Positions 19,909-29,294 of a stretch of 64,000 nucleotides of DNA are shown one piece after another. Made by a program: the position numbers and the translations under genes. Source of the DNA: an uncultured Trueperaceae bacterium (GTDB lineage: Bacteria; Deinococcota; Deinococci; Deinococcales; Trueperaceae); NCBI GenBank assembly GCA_963815215.1, contig CAWFFU010000003.1, positions 640,001 through 704,000 of the forward strand. The letters are read 5' to 3'. Each line of letters opens with the position of its first letter. Position 1 is the first letter of the stretch. Under the pieces are notes generated by a model, which searched no databases, was not told the origin of the DNA, and worked only from the letters and a program-made list of their open reading frames with translations.

Positions 19909-20748
19909 TCAGCCGCTCTCGGCGGTCACCACGGTCCAGTCGGGGTGGGCGGCGCCCAACCGCGCCGCGGCATCCTCGGCTGCGGCCAGGTCCGGCGCCA
20001 GCGCCACACAGCAGCTGCCACTCCCCGACATGCTCACGCCCCGGAGCCCCTCGGCGCGGAGCGCGCGGATGGCCTCGCGCACCACCGGATGGGCCCGGAC
20101 CACGCCCGGTTGCAGGGCGTTGACGAGACCCGGCTCCGCGCCCGAACCCAGCTTCTCGAGCAGGCTGTCCAGGGGCAGCCGTGAGGTGAAGCTCTGCAGC
20201 GCGCCGTACGCCTCGGCCGCCGACACCGCCACGCCGGGGAACGCGAGCACCAGTGCGAGCCGCGGCAGGCTCACGGGCTGCAGCCGCTCGCCACGCCCGC
20301 GCGCCAGGGCTGCGGCGTGGTCGGCGAGGAAGAAGGGCACATCCGAGCCGAGCTCGAGCGCGAGCCGCTCCAGGTCGAGCGGCGCCGGCACGAGCGTACG
20401 TAGGGCGCGCAGCACCGCCGCGGCGTCCGACGAACCGCCACCCAGGCCGGCCGCGATGGGGATACGCTTGGTGAGGACGATGGCGACGCCGACGTCGGCC
20501 GCCCCCGCCTCCGCAAGGTAGCGGCGCGCCGCAAGCAGCGCCAGGTTGCGCTCGTCGGTCGGCAGCTCCGCCCCCACGACCGCGAGCGTCGACCCGCCGC
20601 TCGACCACCCGACGCGCACCTCGTCGGCCAGCGACACGCGCACCATCAGGCTCTCGATCTCGTGGAAGCCGTCGCCCCTACGTGCCAGGACCGACAGTCC
20701 CAGGTTGACCTTGGCGTGAGCGCGCTCCTCGACCGCGGCGCCGGTCAC
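19909..20748 (-). CDS. ispE: 4-diphosphocytidyl-2-C-methyl-D-erythritol kinase
   Basis: Motifs AKVNLGL, DGFHEI, PIAAGLGGGSSDAA, GSDVPFF and MSGSGS. GTGA overlap with ispD. Confidence 0.95.
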   Translation of the reverse strand: MTGAAVEERAHAKVNLGLSVLARRGDGFHEIESLMVRVSLADEVRVGWSSGGSTLAVVGAELPTDERNLALLAARRYLAEAGAADVGVAIVLTKRIPIAAGLGGGSSDAAAVLRALRTLVPAPLDLERLALELGSDVPFFLADHAAALARGRGERLQPVSLPRLALVLAFPGVAVSAAEAYGALQSFTSRLPLDSLLEKLGSGAEPGLVNALQPGVVRAHPVVREAIRALRAEGLRGVSMSGSGSCCVALAPDLAAAEDAAARLGAAHPDWTVVTAESG

Positions 20749-21425
20749 GGCGGGAGACCTCGGGAGCGCTGCTCGAGCCACAGCTCCTCGAACGCACCGG
20801 CGAGCCGCAGATCGTCCGGGGTGGTGATCTTGTGCAAGAGCGGGCTCCCCTCCACCAGCTCGACCTCCCGGCCCAGCCGGCGCACCAGCGCCGCGTCGTC
20901 GGTGGCCTCGTAGCCCTCAGCCCGGGCCCGCGCGTGCGCCTCCCGGAGCACACTCCGCAGGAACCCCTGCGGGGTCTGGATGGCGCGCAGACGATCGCGC
21001 TCCAGGGTGAGCCCGCTGTCGACCTCGACGATGGTGTCGGCGAGGCGCAGCGCCGCGCTGGCCGCGCCCCCGGCGCGAGCGCCCGCCACCACCCTGCGCG
21101 CCACCGCCTCGGGAAGGAAGGGGCGCGCGGCGTCGTGGACCAGCACCAGCTCGGCGCCGGTCGCTTCGACCAGCCGCGCCACGGTGGCCTGACGGGTGTC
21201 GCCGCCCTCGATCACCCGCACCCCGGGCACGAGCGCCCGCGCCCGCGCCGTATCGTCCGCGGCGACGGCCACCACGATCTCGTCGACGACATCGCCCAGG
21301 GCCAGCACCGCCCACTCCAGCAAGGTCCGGTCACCGACGGTGACGAAGGCCTTCGGGCCGGCGGCGAGCCGGAGGCCCTGCCCGGCCGCCGCGAGCAAGC
21401 CGGCGATGCCCGCCGGCTCAGCCAT
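20745..21425 (-). CDS. ispD: 2-C-methyl-D-erythritol 4-phosphate cytidylyltransferase
   Basis: Motifs AAGQGLRL..PK, GGDTRQ, VLVHDAARP, QTPQGF, TDDA and KITTPDDL. Confidence 0.95.
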   Translation of the reverse strand: MAEPAGIAGLLAAAGQGLRLAAGPKAFVTVGDRTLLEWAVLALGDVVDEIVVAVAADDTARARALVPGVRVIEGGDTRQATVARLVEATGAELVLVHDAARPFLPEAVARRVVAGARAGGAASAALRLADTIVEVDSGLTLERDRLRAIQTPQGFLRSVLREAHARARAEGYEATDDAALVRRLGREVELVEGSPLLHKITTPDDLRLAGAFEELWLEQRSRGLPP

Positions 21426-22020
21426 CGGGGTCCTTCCAGCGAGGCGACCGCTCGTTGTCGATCCCGAGGTGGTCGAGCACGCGGGCAGTGACGGTGCCCA
21501 CCAGATCGTCGAGAGTGCGGGGCCGCTGGTAGAACCCGGGTGACGCCGGGAGGATCACCGCACCAGCATCGTTGGCGGCCAGCATGTTCTGGAGCATGGG
21601 GCGAGAGTATGGCGCCTCGCGGACTACCAGTACCAATGGGCGCCGCTCCTTGAGGGTGACGTGCGCCGCTCGCGCCACCAACGTGTCGCCGAACCCGGCG
21701 GCCACCTTGGCGAGCGTCCCCGCGCTGCAGGGCACCACCGCCATGGCGTCGGCTCGGAAGCTGCCGGACGCGATGGGGGCGCCAAGATCGGCGTCCTTGT
21801 GGACGGCGTCGGCCAGGCCCTCCAGAGTGTCGATCCCGCCGTCGAGCTCGGTCGGGGCGACCTGCCTGGCCCCGGAGCTGACCACCAGGTGGGTCTCGAC
21901 GTCGGTCGCCGCCAGGAAACGCAGAAGATCCACAGCGTAGATCAGACCGCTGCCGCCGGTGACGGCGACCACCAGCCGGCGGGGGCGGGAGGAACGTCGG
22001 GCACGAGCCGGGTCGGACAC
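21418..22020 (-). CDS. ubiX: Flavin prenyltransferase
   Basis: Motifs VAVTGGSG, APIASGSF, PCSAGTL, LKERRPL.LVVRE and PASPGFY. TAGGCT lies 5 nt before GTG 22020. Confidence 0.93.
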   Translation of the reverse strand: MSDPARARRSSRPRRLVVAVTGGSGLIYAVDLLRFLAATDVETHLVVSSGARQVAPTELDGGIDTLEGLADAVHKDADLGAPIASGSFRADAMAVVPCSAGTLAKVAAGFGDTLVARAAHVTLKERRPLVLVVREAPYSRPMLQNMLAANDAGAVILPASPGFYQRPRTLDDLVGTVTARVLDHLGIDNERSPRWKDPDG

Positions 22021-22080
22021 GCTCCAGCCTACCCCACGGCCGGCGCGCCCGGCCACGGGGGCGAGCCTATACTGGAGGCC

Positions 22081-22428
22081 GTGGTCCTGGACGAACCCAC
22101 CTGGCATCGCACCGTCGCGCTCTTCGAGGCTGGCGCCTTCTGGGACGCGCATGAAGCCCTCGAGGGAGCGTGGGCGCGCAGCAGCGGTGTCGAGAAGCAC
22201 TTCCTGGGCGGCGTGATCCTGCTTGCAGCGGCTCTCCACAAAGCCCGCGCGCTGCAATCCCCGCGAGGAGGCCGGCGCAACTACGCCAAGGCGCTCAGGC
22301 ACCTGGCGCTCGTGCCGGACCGGTACTTCGGCGTGGACGTTCGCGAGCTCGAAGCTCGCGTGCACGCCGCTCTGCGCGATCCCGGTGCCCGCCCGATGAT
22401 CCCACGAAACCCGGAGGCCGTTCCGTGA
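22081..22428 (+). CDS. DUF309 domain protein
   Basis: LFEAGAFWDAHEALEGAW and GVILLAAALHK pattern. TATACT lies 7 nt upstream. Confidence 0.85.
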   Translation: MVLDEPTWHRTVALFEAGAFWDAHEALEGAWARSSGVEKHFLGGVILLAAALHKARALQSPRGGRRNYAKALRHLALVPDRYFGVDVRELEARVHAALRDPGARPMIPRNPEAVP

Positions 22429-22706
22429 CCCCACTTCCCGAACCCACGCCGTCCGCCGAGCGACCTGCCGACGGGCTGCTCCACGACCAGCGGCGCGCGC
22501 GGCGCCCCAACACCACGGCCTCGCTCCGCCGATCGGGCTCCGATCGGGTGATCGCCGGCGTCTGTGGAGGCATCGCCGCCTACGTCGACGCGTCCCCCGG
22601 CATCGTGCGCATCCTCTTCGTGGTCTCGCTCATCCCGTCCATCGGGGTCACGGGCCTCGGCTACCTGTTGCTGTGGTGGCTCCTCCCCGCGGCTCCGGCG
22701 GTCTGA
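22425..22706 (+). CDS. PspC domain-containing protein
   Basis: LRRSGSDRVIAGVCGGIAAY...VRILF...YLLLWWLLP. GTGA overlap with the DUF309 gene. Confidence 0.9.
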   Translation: MTPLPEPTPSAERPADGLLHDQRRARRPNTTASLRRSGSDRVIAGVCGGIAAYVDASPGIVRILFVVSLIPSIGVTGLGYLLLWWLLPAAPAV

Positions 22707-22719
22707 AGCGCCATCACGA

Positions 22720-22751
22720 CGAGCGCTCCGACCTCAGGGCCGGAGCGCTCG
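22720..22751. terminator. Hairpin between convergent genes
   Basis: CGAGCGCTCCG-N10-CGGAGCGCTCG inverted repeat. Confidence 0.55.
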
Positions 22752-22779
22752 CAACTCGTGCGTGTCGCCTAGGGGTTGA

Positions 22780-24573
22780 TCAGAGCAGCAGGCGGACCGG
22801 CGCGTCGAGGAGCTCCGCTACCCGCGCGAGCAGCCTGGCACCCCGCTCGGGCGGTACGTCGCCCGCGAGCGAAAGCGTGCTGCGGTAGCTCCCTCGCTGG
22901 TTGTCGTACAGGATGCGGCCCAACGTAAGCAGGGGGGCGCCCACGTTCAGAACGGCCTCGTCAACATCGAGCGCCGACATGTCGACCACCGCCAGGCTCA
23001 CGCCTGACGCGTCGGAAGACGCCGCGTCGAGCGCCGCACTCAAGTCGTGGGCCAGGTCGACGAACGCACGCTCGAGCGCGCCGCCGATCCGGGCGACCCG
23101 GAGTTCGCCGCGCTCGTCCCAACCGACCGCCGCCACCGGCCCGTCCCCCCAGCCGCCGTCGGAAACGGCCTTGGCAGCGGCGCGAATGAGGAAGGGGCCG
23201 GGAGGGAGCGGCTCGCTCTCGCCGAGCTCGAGACTCACTGCGAGCTGGGCGCCCGCCAGCGCGGTGACGTCCAGATGGCGTCGCAACAGGGTCCCGTAGC
23301 TCACCAGTGGAAGCTCGGAAGGCACCGTGCCCGCCGACTCCGCGCTCATCCGGTCCGACAGTGGCGGCAGAGCCGTCTCGTCGGCGGCGGACGCCTCCTC
23401 GATCGGCCGGTCCGACAGCTGCGCGGCGGCCGTCTCCGATCCGGTATCCAGCTCGCTCGCCCGGTCCGGCTCGAAGGCCCGCTCGGAGATCCACGCGTCT
23501 GAGGTGGCTTCGCCCACGGCGGCCTCGGCCGAGGTGGGTTCGTCCAGGGTAGTCCCGTCGTCCGTGACGGCTTCCGCAGCGATCCCAGCGCTCTCGCCGT
23601 CCTCGTCGGTCGCCGTCGCGCCCAACGGCTCCTCACCATATCCATCGGACCCGAACGGCTCCTGCGCCTCGGGCGTGCGCTCGTAGCCGGACCCGAAGCC
23701 CGCCTGGAAGCCGGCAGCGAAGCTCTCGTCCTCCCCCGAGGCGCCGCTCAGCTCTTCGAAACGCTCCGAGGCGGACGCTGCGCCTCCGAGATCGAGATCC
23801 CCGAGCGGCGGCATCTCCAGCGCGCCGCCTCCATCGTCCGCCGGCGACGTTGCACCGTCATCGAACAGCGCCTCGCCCCCGATATCCTGTCCCGGTTCCG
23901 GCACCGCCCCTTCGTCACGGAAGAGGTCGGGCAGGCTGTCGGGCGTCTCCAGCGAGGTGGAACCCGACCACAACGCCTGTGTTTCCTCGGCGTCGAGCGC
24001 GTCGCCGGCAAGACCACCGTCCCAGCCGCCACTGTCCTCACCCGCGACCAGAAGCTCGTCCTCGGGCTCGTCGTCCGCCTCAGCCGGCACGCCTTCCCAG
24101 CCGCTGCCCTCCGAGCCCGCCACGCCGGGCCAGCCGATCGTCGACTCGGCATCCTCCTCATCGTCGAAGAGGAAGATGTCCTCACTGATGTCGTCCCCCA
24201 CCGCATCCGCTTCCGAGTCGTGGGCGGACCGTGTGGCAAGTAGGGGCGCCGCGTCCGGTTCCGACACCTCCTCCAGTCGATCGGAGGCCGACAGCTCCTG
24301 CTGGATCTCCTCCAGTCCCACGCCCTTGTTGGAATCACGCATCTGTTGCTGGAAGCTGTGGGCGTCCTCCTCTGGCCACGCCTCCATCCCTTCGGGCACC
24401 GGCTCCGGCGTGGGATCGAGATCCTCCTCGCCCGCCATCACCCGGGCCAGGAACTCGAGCACGTCTCGCTCGACGACCTTGCCTCCCGCGCCGCTGCCGT
24501 GGAGATCACGCCAGTCGACGTTGTTCTCTTCCGCCAGCCGCCGGGCCAGCGGTGAAATCTCGGGTTGGCTCAC
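22780..24573 (-). CDS. E3-binding-domain protein: N-terminal PSBD, long acidic linker, degenerate 2-oxoacid acyltransferase-like C-terminus
   Basis: ISPLARRLAEENNVDW...GSGAGGKVVERDV is a PSBD. The C-terminus FLIRAAAKA...LTLGRI...TLSLAG...ARLLARVAELLDAPVRLLL resembles E2. GGAGG RBS before GTG 24573. Confidence 0.85.
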   Translation of the reverse strand: MSQPEISPLARRLAEENNVDWRDLHGSGAGGKVVERDVLEFLARVMAGEEDLDPTPEPVPEGMEAWPEEDAHSFQQQMRDSNKGVGLEEIQQELSASDRLEEVSEPDAAPLLATRSAHDSEADAVGDDISEDIFLFDDEEDAESTIGWPGVAGSEGSGWEGVPAEADDEPEDELLVAGEDSGGWDGGLAGDALDAEETQALWSGSTSLETPDSLPDLFRDEGAVPEPGQDIGGEALFDDGATSPADDGGGALEMPPLGDLDLGGAASASERFEELSGASGEDESFAAGFQAGFGSGYERTPEAQEPFGSDGYGEEPLGATATDEDGESAGIAAEAVTDDGTTLDEPTSAEAAVGEATSDAWISERAFEPDRASELDTGSETAAAQLSDRPIEEASAADETALPPLSDRMSAESAGTVPSELPLVSYGTLLRRHLDVTALAGAQLAVSLELGESEPLPPGPFLIRAAAKAVSDGGWGDGPVAAVGWDERGELRVARIGGALERAFVDLAHDLSAALDAASSDASGVSLAVVDMSALDVDEAVLNVGAPLLTLGRILYDNQRGSYRSTLSLAGDVPPERGARLLARVAELLDAPVRLLL

Positions 24574-24777
24574 GGACAACCTCCTCCGTTATCGTCGCTT
24601 CCGTCTCGAGCGAGTATACAAGAACCAGTGTTTCGGCCCGAAGGCCCTTCCGCAGCGACAATTCGCACTAGCCCCGACGCCGTCCGCACGCGCGGCCGAC
24701 GGCCGCAGGGAGCCCCCCGCAACGGCGCCACGTCGGCCGCGGCACCGCGGCGGTGCCCCGACGCGCTAGTCTCGGGC

Positions 24778-25074
24778 ATGCGCGGTGCCCCAGCCGCGGA
24801 CGCGGCCCGGGCTTACCACCTGGGAGCTCCCTTTCTCGATATACGGACCGCCGTTCAGCACGGTCGTGACGGCCTGCCTGGCAGTCGCAACCTGCCGCTG
24901 GAGAACATCCGGAGCGGCGAGACGCCCCACGACGTCGAGGTAGATGACCCGATCTATCTAGTTTGTGAACGGGGTCAACTCAGCGAACTGGCGGGGCTCT
25001 ACCTCGAGCAGGCCGGGTATCTTCGAGTCTTCAACGTCCTCGGCGGACTACGTGCGTTGCGGCCTCTGCTGTGA
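24778..25074 (+). CDS. Single-domain rhodanese-like sulfurtransferase
   Basis: Motifs FLDIR, LPGSRNLP, active loop YLVCERGQLS and VFNVLGG. Confidence 0.87.
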   Translation: MRGAPAADAARAYHLGAPFLDIRTAVQHGRDGLPGSRNLPLENIRSGETPHDVEVDDPIYLVCERGQLSELAGLYLEQAGYLRVFNVLGGLRALRPLL

Positions 25075-25079
25075 GCGCC

Positions 25080-26354
25080 TCACGGGCGCCACGCCTGGAA
25101 GAACACGCCATCGATGTACGTCTGCAGGAGCGGGGTGCTGCCGTGGACCTGGACCGTCATCACCAGGCTCTCCCCCGCCTTCATGGCGCGGTCGAGGACC
25201 GTACGCTCGCCTTGGCTGTCGCGGACGACGAGCTTCAGCTGGTACCCCTGATCCATCAGGCGCTTCATCCCCATCGTCTTCGGGTCGAAGGTGAACGGTA
25301 CCGTGCGTGTACCTCCGGCGCCCGACGGGCCGTTGAGATCCAGGCCGGAACCCGCGGAGGTCCCTCCGTTGCCCGCGCCGCCCGCCTGCAGCGGGTTGGT
25401 CCCGGGCTTGCCGTTGACCGTGAGCTGGACCGGGGTACCGGGCAGCGTGAAGCCGGAAGGCTCCACGTTCACCACGCCCTGCGGCTGGTCACTCTTGAGA
25501 ACGTAGTCGACGTGTCCGATAAGGAGCTGGGCCGCCTCGAGCGCCAGCTGCGCGCGCCACAGCGGCATGCCGGAGACGTTGGGGACCTCGACGATGGCGC
25601 GGCCGGAGAGCGCGTAGAAGACGGCGACCGGTGTGCCCGGCGGCACCGTGGCGCCCGCCTTGGGCAGGGTGCTCGTCACCGCGCCGATCTTGTCGAAGCT
25701 GACACCGCCGGGGAGCGCCTCGACCTCCGTGAAGCCGAGGGCCTTGAGTTTGGCGACTGCGGCCACACGGTCCATGCCCTTGAGGTCGGGCACCGTCAAC
25801 GCCTGCCGGGCAGGACCGGTGCTGACGGTGAGCGCGAGCTTCTCGTCGGCCCCGAGCTGACCGCCGGCGGCGGGCTTCTGCGCGATCACGGTGCCGAGAT
25901 CCGTGGCGTCCGGTCGGTAGTCGAGCGCTGTCACCGGCACGTTCAGCTCCGCTGCGCGCTTCAACGCATCGTCCTCGCTCATCCCGGTCAACTGCGGAAC
26001 GCGCGTCTGAGCCGGCGGGTTGTTGACCCCCACGTGGATGATCCGGCCCTGACGGACCACCGTTCCGGCGTCCGGCGCTTGGCTGGTGACCGACTGCCGG
26101 TCGGCGCCGGGGAGGTTCTCGACGAACGCCTGCGGCTGCAGCCCGGCCTGCCGCAGGACCCGCGCGGCATCCGGGAACGCCATCCCGACGACGTCCGGCA
26201 GACGCACCTCGCGGACCGTGAAGTAGTCGCGCACCGAGATCACCGCGAACACCCCCACGACGACCAGCAACGCCGCCACGGCAACGAGCCGGAAGCGCCT
26301 GCGCCGCAGCACCTGCTCCCGCGCCTCGCTCACCGGACTACCCTTCTCGACCAC
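25080..26354 (-). CDS. Membrane-anchored PASTA-repeat protein without kinase domain
   Basis: N-terminal TM helix, then repeated VP/LPxxxG...Q.PxAG PASTA units. TAGACT lies 6 nt before the GTG. Confidence 0.88.
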   Translation of the reverse strand: MVEKGSPVSEAREQVLRRRRFRLVAVAALLVVVGVFAVISVRDYFTVREVRLPDVVGMAFPDAARVLRQAGLQPQAFVENLPGADRQSVTSQAPDAGTVVRQGRIIHVGVNNPPAQTRVPQLTGMSEDDALKRAAELNVPVTALDYRPDATDLGTVIAQKPAAGGQLGADEKLALTVSTGPARQALTVPDLKGMDRVAAVAKLKALGFTEVEALPGGVSFDKIGAVTSTLPKAGATVPPGTPVAVFYALSGRAIVEVPNVSGMPLWRAQLALEAAQLLIGHVDYVLKSDQPQGVVNVEPSGFTLPGTPVQLTVNGKPGTNPLQAGGAGNGGTSAGSGLDLNGPSGAGGTRTVPFTFDPKTMGMKRLMDQGYQLKLVVRDSQGERTVLDRAMKAGESLVMTVQVHGSTPLLQTYIDGVFFQAWRP

Positions 26355-26480
26355 GGCTGGAGTCTACCACGGCCCATGAACGGTCCGTGAGGCTCTAGAC
26401 CCGTCCCGGAGGGCTTTCTTCACAATCGTCGGGCTCCGCCCGAACCCCTTGGCGGCCCGCGCTTCCCTACAATGGGAGGC

Positions 26481-27140
26481 ATGCTGACGACCCCTCCCCT
26501 CGCCCGACCGCTACCCCTCGACCAGCTTCGGCCCGAGCTCCTGACCGCTCACCAGGAGCTGGCGGATCTGGCGGCCCTGGCTGCCGCCGGGCTGCCCGTG
26601 GCGTCGCTGCTGGTGGTCCCGGCGGCCGTGGAGGAGCGCTTCTACCGGCTCAACAACCTCCCCGCCCTCCTGAACGAGGTGTTCGCGCGGGTCGACCCCG
26701 ACGACCCGGATGAGGACGAGGTCGAGGAAGCCAGCCCGGCGGCCGAGACGCTGGTGCGCCAGCACTACCTACTGGACGAGTTCGTCGACGAGTTCTATGC
26801 CGCCATCGCGGACCTGCCGCTCCGGGTGTGCGTGCGCCGGACCCTGGCGAACGGCGAGGACGCCGCGCGGGGACGGCCGGCGCTGATGGCGCTCAAGCAC
26901 GTGTATCAGCGGGATTGGAGCTACGCATCCGTGTGGGAGCGCCTGGAGCGGCGGCAGGGCATCGCCCTGGAGGCGCGTCCGGTGCTGCTGCACGGGGTCG
27001 AGGCCGCGGTGAACGAGGTGGCGGCGATCGGGGTCGCGGCCGACGCGGCGCTGGCCGCCCGCGCGGGTTCGGTGCTGGGCGCCCCCGTGCGCCTTCGTCT
27101 CGCCGACGGGGGCGCCGTCGTGGGCGTGCGCAGGGTGTGA
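26481..27140 (+). CDS. Hypothetical protein resembling a degenerate PEP-synthase/PPDK N-terminal fragment
   Basis: LAALAAAGLPVASLLVVPAAVEERFYRLNNL and VCVRR. TACAAT lies 7 nt before ATG 26481. Confidence 0.6.
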   Translation: MLTTPPLARPLPLDQLRPELLTAHQELADLAALAAAGLPVASLLVVPAAVEERFYRLNNLPALLNEVFARVDPDDPDEDEVEEASPAAETLVRQHYLLDEFVDEFYAAIADLPLRVCVRRTLANGEDAARGRPALMALKHVYQRDWSYASVWERLERRQGIALEARPVLLHGVEAAVNEVAAIGVAADAALAARAGSVLGAPVRLRLADGGAVVGVRRV

Positions 27141-27216
27141 CGGACGCCTCGCCGAGGGAGCCAGGGTAGCGAGTCCTACACGATGCGGCACCGCCTTGCG
27201 ACTAACGTTAGGTGCG

Positions 27217-28140
27217 ATGCCCTGGCTGCATGAACGGCCCCTCGAACCCCATGCCGACGCGCAGCTCCGACACTTCATCGGAGCGCTTGCCGAGCGGCTC
27301 GACGACCCGTCCCAGGACCGCAACGAGGTGGTCCGTGAGACGCTGGCCCAGCAGCTCTACGCGCGCCCCTACGAGGTGGTGGCGCGCGACGCCCCGATGG
27401 CCGCGTTCGCGCTGGATCCGCGCAACGCGCGCTTCGAGGCCGAGTACTACGCGGCGACCGACCCACAGCGCTTCGCCCGCGTGAAGCCGCTGCTGTGGCT
27501 GTGGAGGTCGCTCGACGCGACCCCCCTCGGACAATCGGTCGCCAGCGGCGTCGCGGTGCGGCGCATGCTCGCCGAGCGCGTCTTCGCCCGCGCCGGCAGG
27601 AACCTGAAGATCTTCCCCCACGTCGAGGTGTCGGTCGGGTACAACATCGAGGCCGGCGACGACGTGGTGATCCACCGCCACGTCTTCGTCGACGACATCG
27701 GCGGCGTGGAGCTCCACGACGGCGTCAGCCTCAGCGATCACGCCAACGTGTACTCGCACACCCACGATCTCCTGGAGCCCTCGGACGTCACCCTGAGGAG
27801 AACCGTGATCGGTCGTGGCGTGCGGGTGGCGTACCACGCGACCGTCCTCGCCGGCGCCGTGCTGTCCGACGACAGCATGCTCGGCGCCCTGGCGGTCGCT
27901 ACCCGTGACCTCGATCCGCACGCGGTCGGGCTCGGCATTCCGGCCACGCCGCGCGTATGGAAGGACCGGGCGCTCGATCCGCGATTCACGCACTTGGAGG
28001 TCGATGCCGCCCGGTACCCGCGGTCCGCCCCGGTCCGTGCCAACCCGGACTTCGACAGCGGCGAACCGGATGCGCCGCAGGCCGGCGACGGCGCCTCGGG
28101 GCCGCCGAACGCCCGCGTCGAAGCGCCGGGAAGCACCTGA
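27217..28140 (+). CDS. Hexapeptide-repeat (left-handed beta-helix) acyltransferase
   Basis: Hexapeptide repeats IEAGDDVVIH, VELHDGVSLS, VIGRGVRVAY and LSDDSMLGA, ending GIPA. Confidence 0.88.
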   Translation: MPWLHERPLEPHADAQLRHFIGALAERLDDPSQDRNEVVRETLAQQLYARPYEVVARDAPMAAFALDPRNARFEAEYYAATDPQRFARVKPLLWLWRSLDATPLGQSVASGVAVRRMLAERVFARAGRNLKIFPHVEVSVGYNIEAGDDVVIHRHVFVDDIGGVELHDGVSLSDHANVYSHTHDLLEPSDVTLRRTVIGRGVRVAYHATVLAGAVLSDDSMLGALAVATRDLDPHAVGLGIPATPRVWKDRALDPRFTHLEVDAARYPRSAPVRANPDFDSGEPDAPQAGDGASGPPNARVEAPGST

Positions 28141-28141
28141 G

Positions 28142-28441
28142 ATGTCTCGACGACGCCCGCTCACGGCGGCGATCGCGTTCGGCCTGAGCGCCGTCCTGAC
28201 GGCCTGCTGTCCGGTAGCGACGCCCCCGCCGACGGCCTTCGTGGCGACGCTGCAGGCTCTCGACCACGGCCGCGCCCGGGCGATCCTGGAGGACGGCCGC
28301 CAGGTCACCGTCACGGGCCTGACGAGCGTGCCGCAGGGCACCGTCTACGTGACCGGAACGCTCCAGCCGGACGGCAGTGTGGTGGCCACCACGGTCCGGC
28401 CTACCGGACCGACTGCGCCGCCACCGCCGCAGCGCCGATGA
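28142..28441 (+). CDS. Small predicted lipoprotein with an OB-fold/DUF5666-like segment
   Basis: Basic N-terminus, hydrophobic core and lipobox LTAC. Contains VYVTGTLQPDGSVVATTV. Starts 1 nt after the previous stop. Confidence 0.68.
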   Translation: MSRRRPLTAAIAFGLSAVLTACCPVATPPPTAFVATLQALDHGRARAILEDGRQVTVTGLTSVPQGTVYVTGTLQPDGSVVATTVRPTGPTAPPPPQRR

Positions 28442-29294
28442 CGCCGGCGTCGGTCCCCAGCTTCGCCAGACGGATGTCCGCGTCGGGGTAGCCCCGCAGG
28501 TAGGCCGACGCAGCACGCGCGATGCGATCGAGGTAGAACGGCCCCACCTGGCTCATGCCGCCGCCGATGACGAACCCCTCCGGGTCGAAGATCTTGGCGA
28601 GGTTCGCGATGCCGATGCCGGTGAAGCGCGCGGCGTTGTCCACGATCTCGAGCGCCTTCATCTCACCGGCCCGAGCGCGATCGAAAACCTCCCGCGTGTC
28701 CATGTCGCGGCCGTAGGCGTAGCTGGCGTCCCGTGCGATGGACCGCCCGGCCGCGATCGCCTCGAGCGTGCCGAGCAGACCGTCCCCACCGATGGGGCCA
28801 CCGGGCAACACCGTCATGTGGCCGATCTCGCCCGCCAGGCCGTGGGCTCCGCGGATCACCCGGTTCCCGATGAACAGGCCGCCGCCGATGCCCGTGGAGA
28901 TGGTCATGTAGAGACTGGACTCAAGATCGCGGGCGGCGCCAAAGAGGTGCTCGGCCAGCCCGGCGGCGTTGGCGTCGTTCTCCAGAACGATGGGGCGCCC
29001 CAGCCGGCGCTCGAGCTCGGACACGATGGGCGCGTCCTCCATGCCGGCGATGTTGGGCGCGAACAGCACCTTGCCGGCCTGGTAGTCCAGGGGCCCGGGC
29101 GACCCGACCCCGATCGCCGCCACTTCCTCGTGCCCCCGTTCCAACAGGCTGCGCGCGGCCCGTGCGAGCGCCTCGACCACGTCGTCGAAGCCAGTCTGTG
29201 GCGTCTCGACGCGCGTCGCGTCGAGGATGCGCCCGTCGCTCACCACGGCAGCGGCGATCTTGGTGCCTCCTAGGTCCAGGCCCAGCGTCTTCAT
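28401..29294 (-). CDS. glk: ROK family glucokinase
   Basis: Motifs GLDLGGTKI, GVGSPG, LENDANAA, TGIGGG, AGEIGH and GTLEA. ATGA overlap with ackA. Confidence 0.88.
   Translation of the reverse strand: MKTLGLDLGGTKIAAAVVSDGRILDATRVETPQTGFDDVVEALARAARSLLERGHEEVAAIGVGSPGPLDYQAGKVLFAPNIAGMEDAPIVSELERRLGRPIVLENDANAAGLAEHLFGAARDLESSLYMTISTGIGGGLFIGNRVIRGAHGLAGEIGHMTVLPGGPIGGDGLLGTLEAIAAGRSIARDASYAYGRDMDTREVFDRARAGEMKALEIVDNAARFTGIGIANLAKIFDPEGFVIGGGMSQVGPFYLDRIARAASAYLRGYPDADIRLAKLGTDAGVIGAAAVAAQSVR

Noticed and set aside
26405..26430. TTCACAA as a Rex operator
   Set aside because: Only one half-site is present, with no matching TTGTGAA arm.
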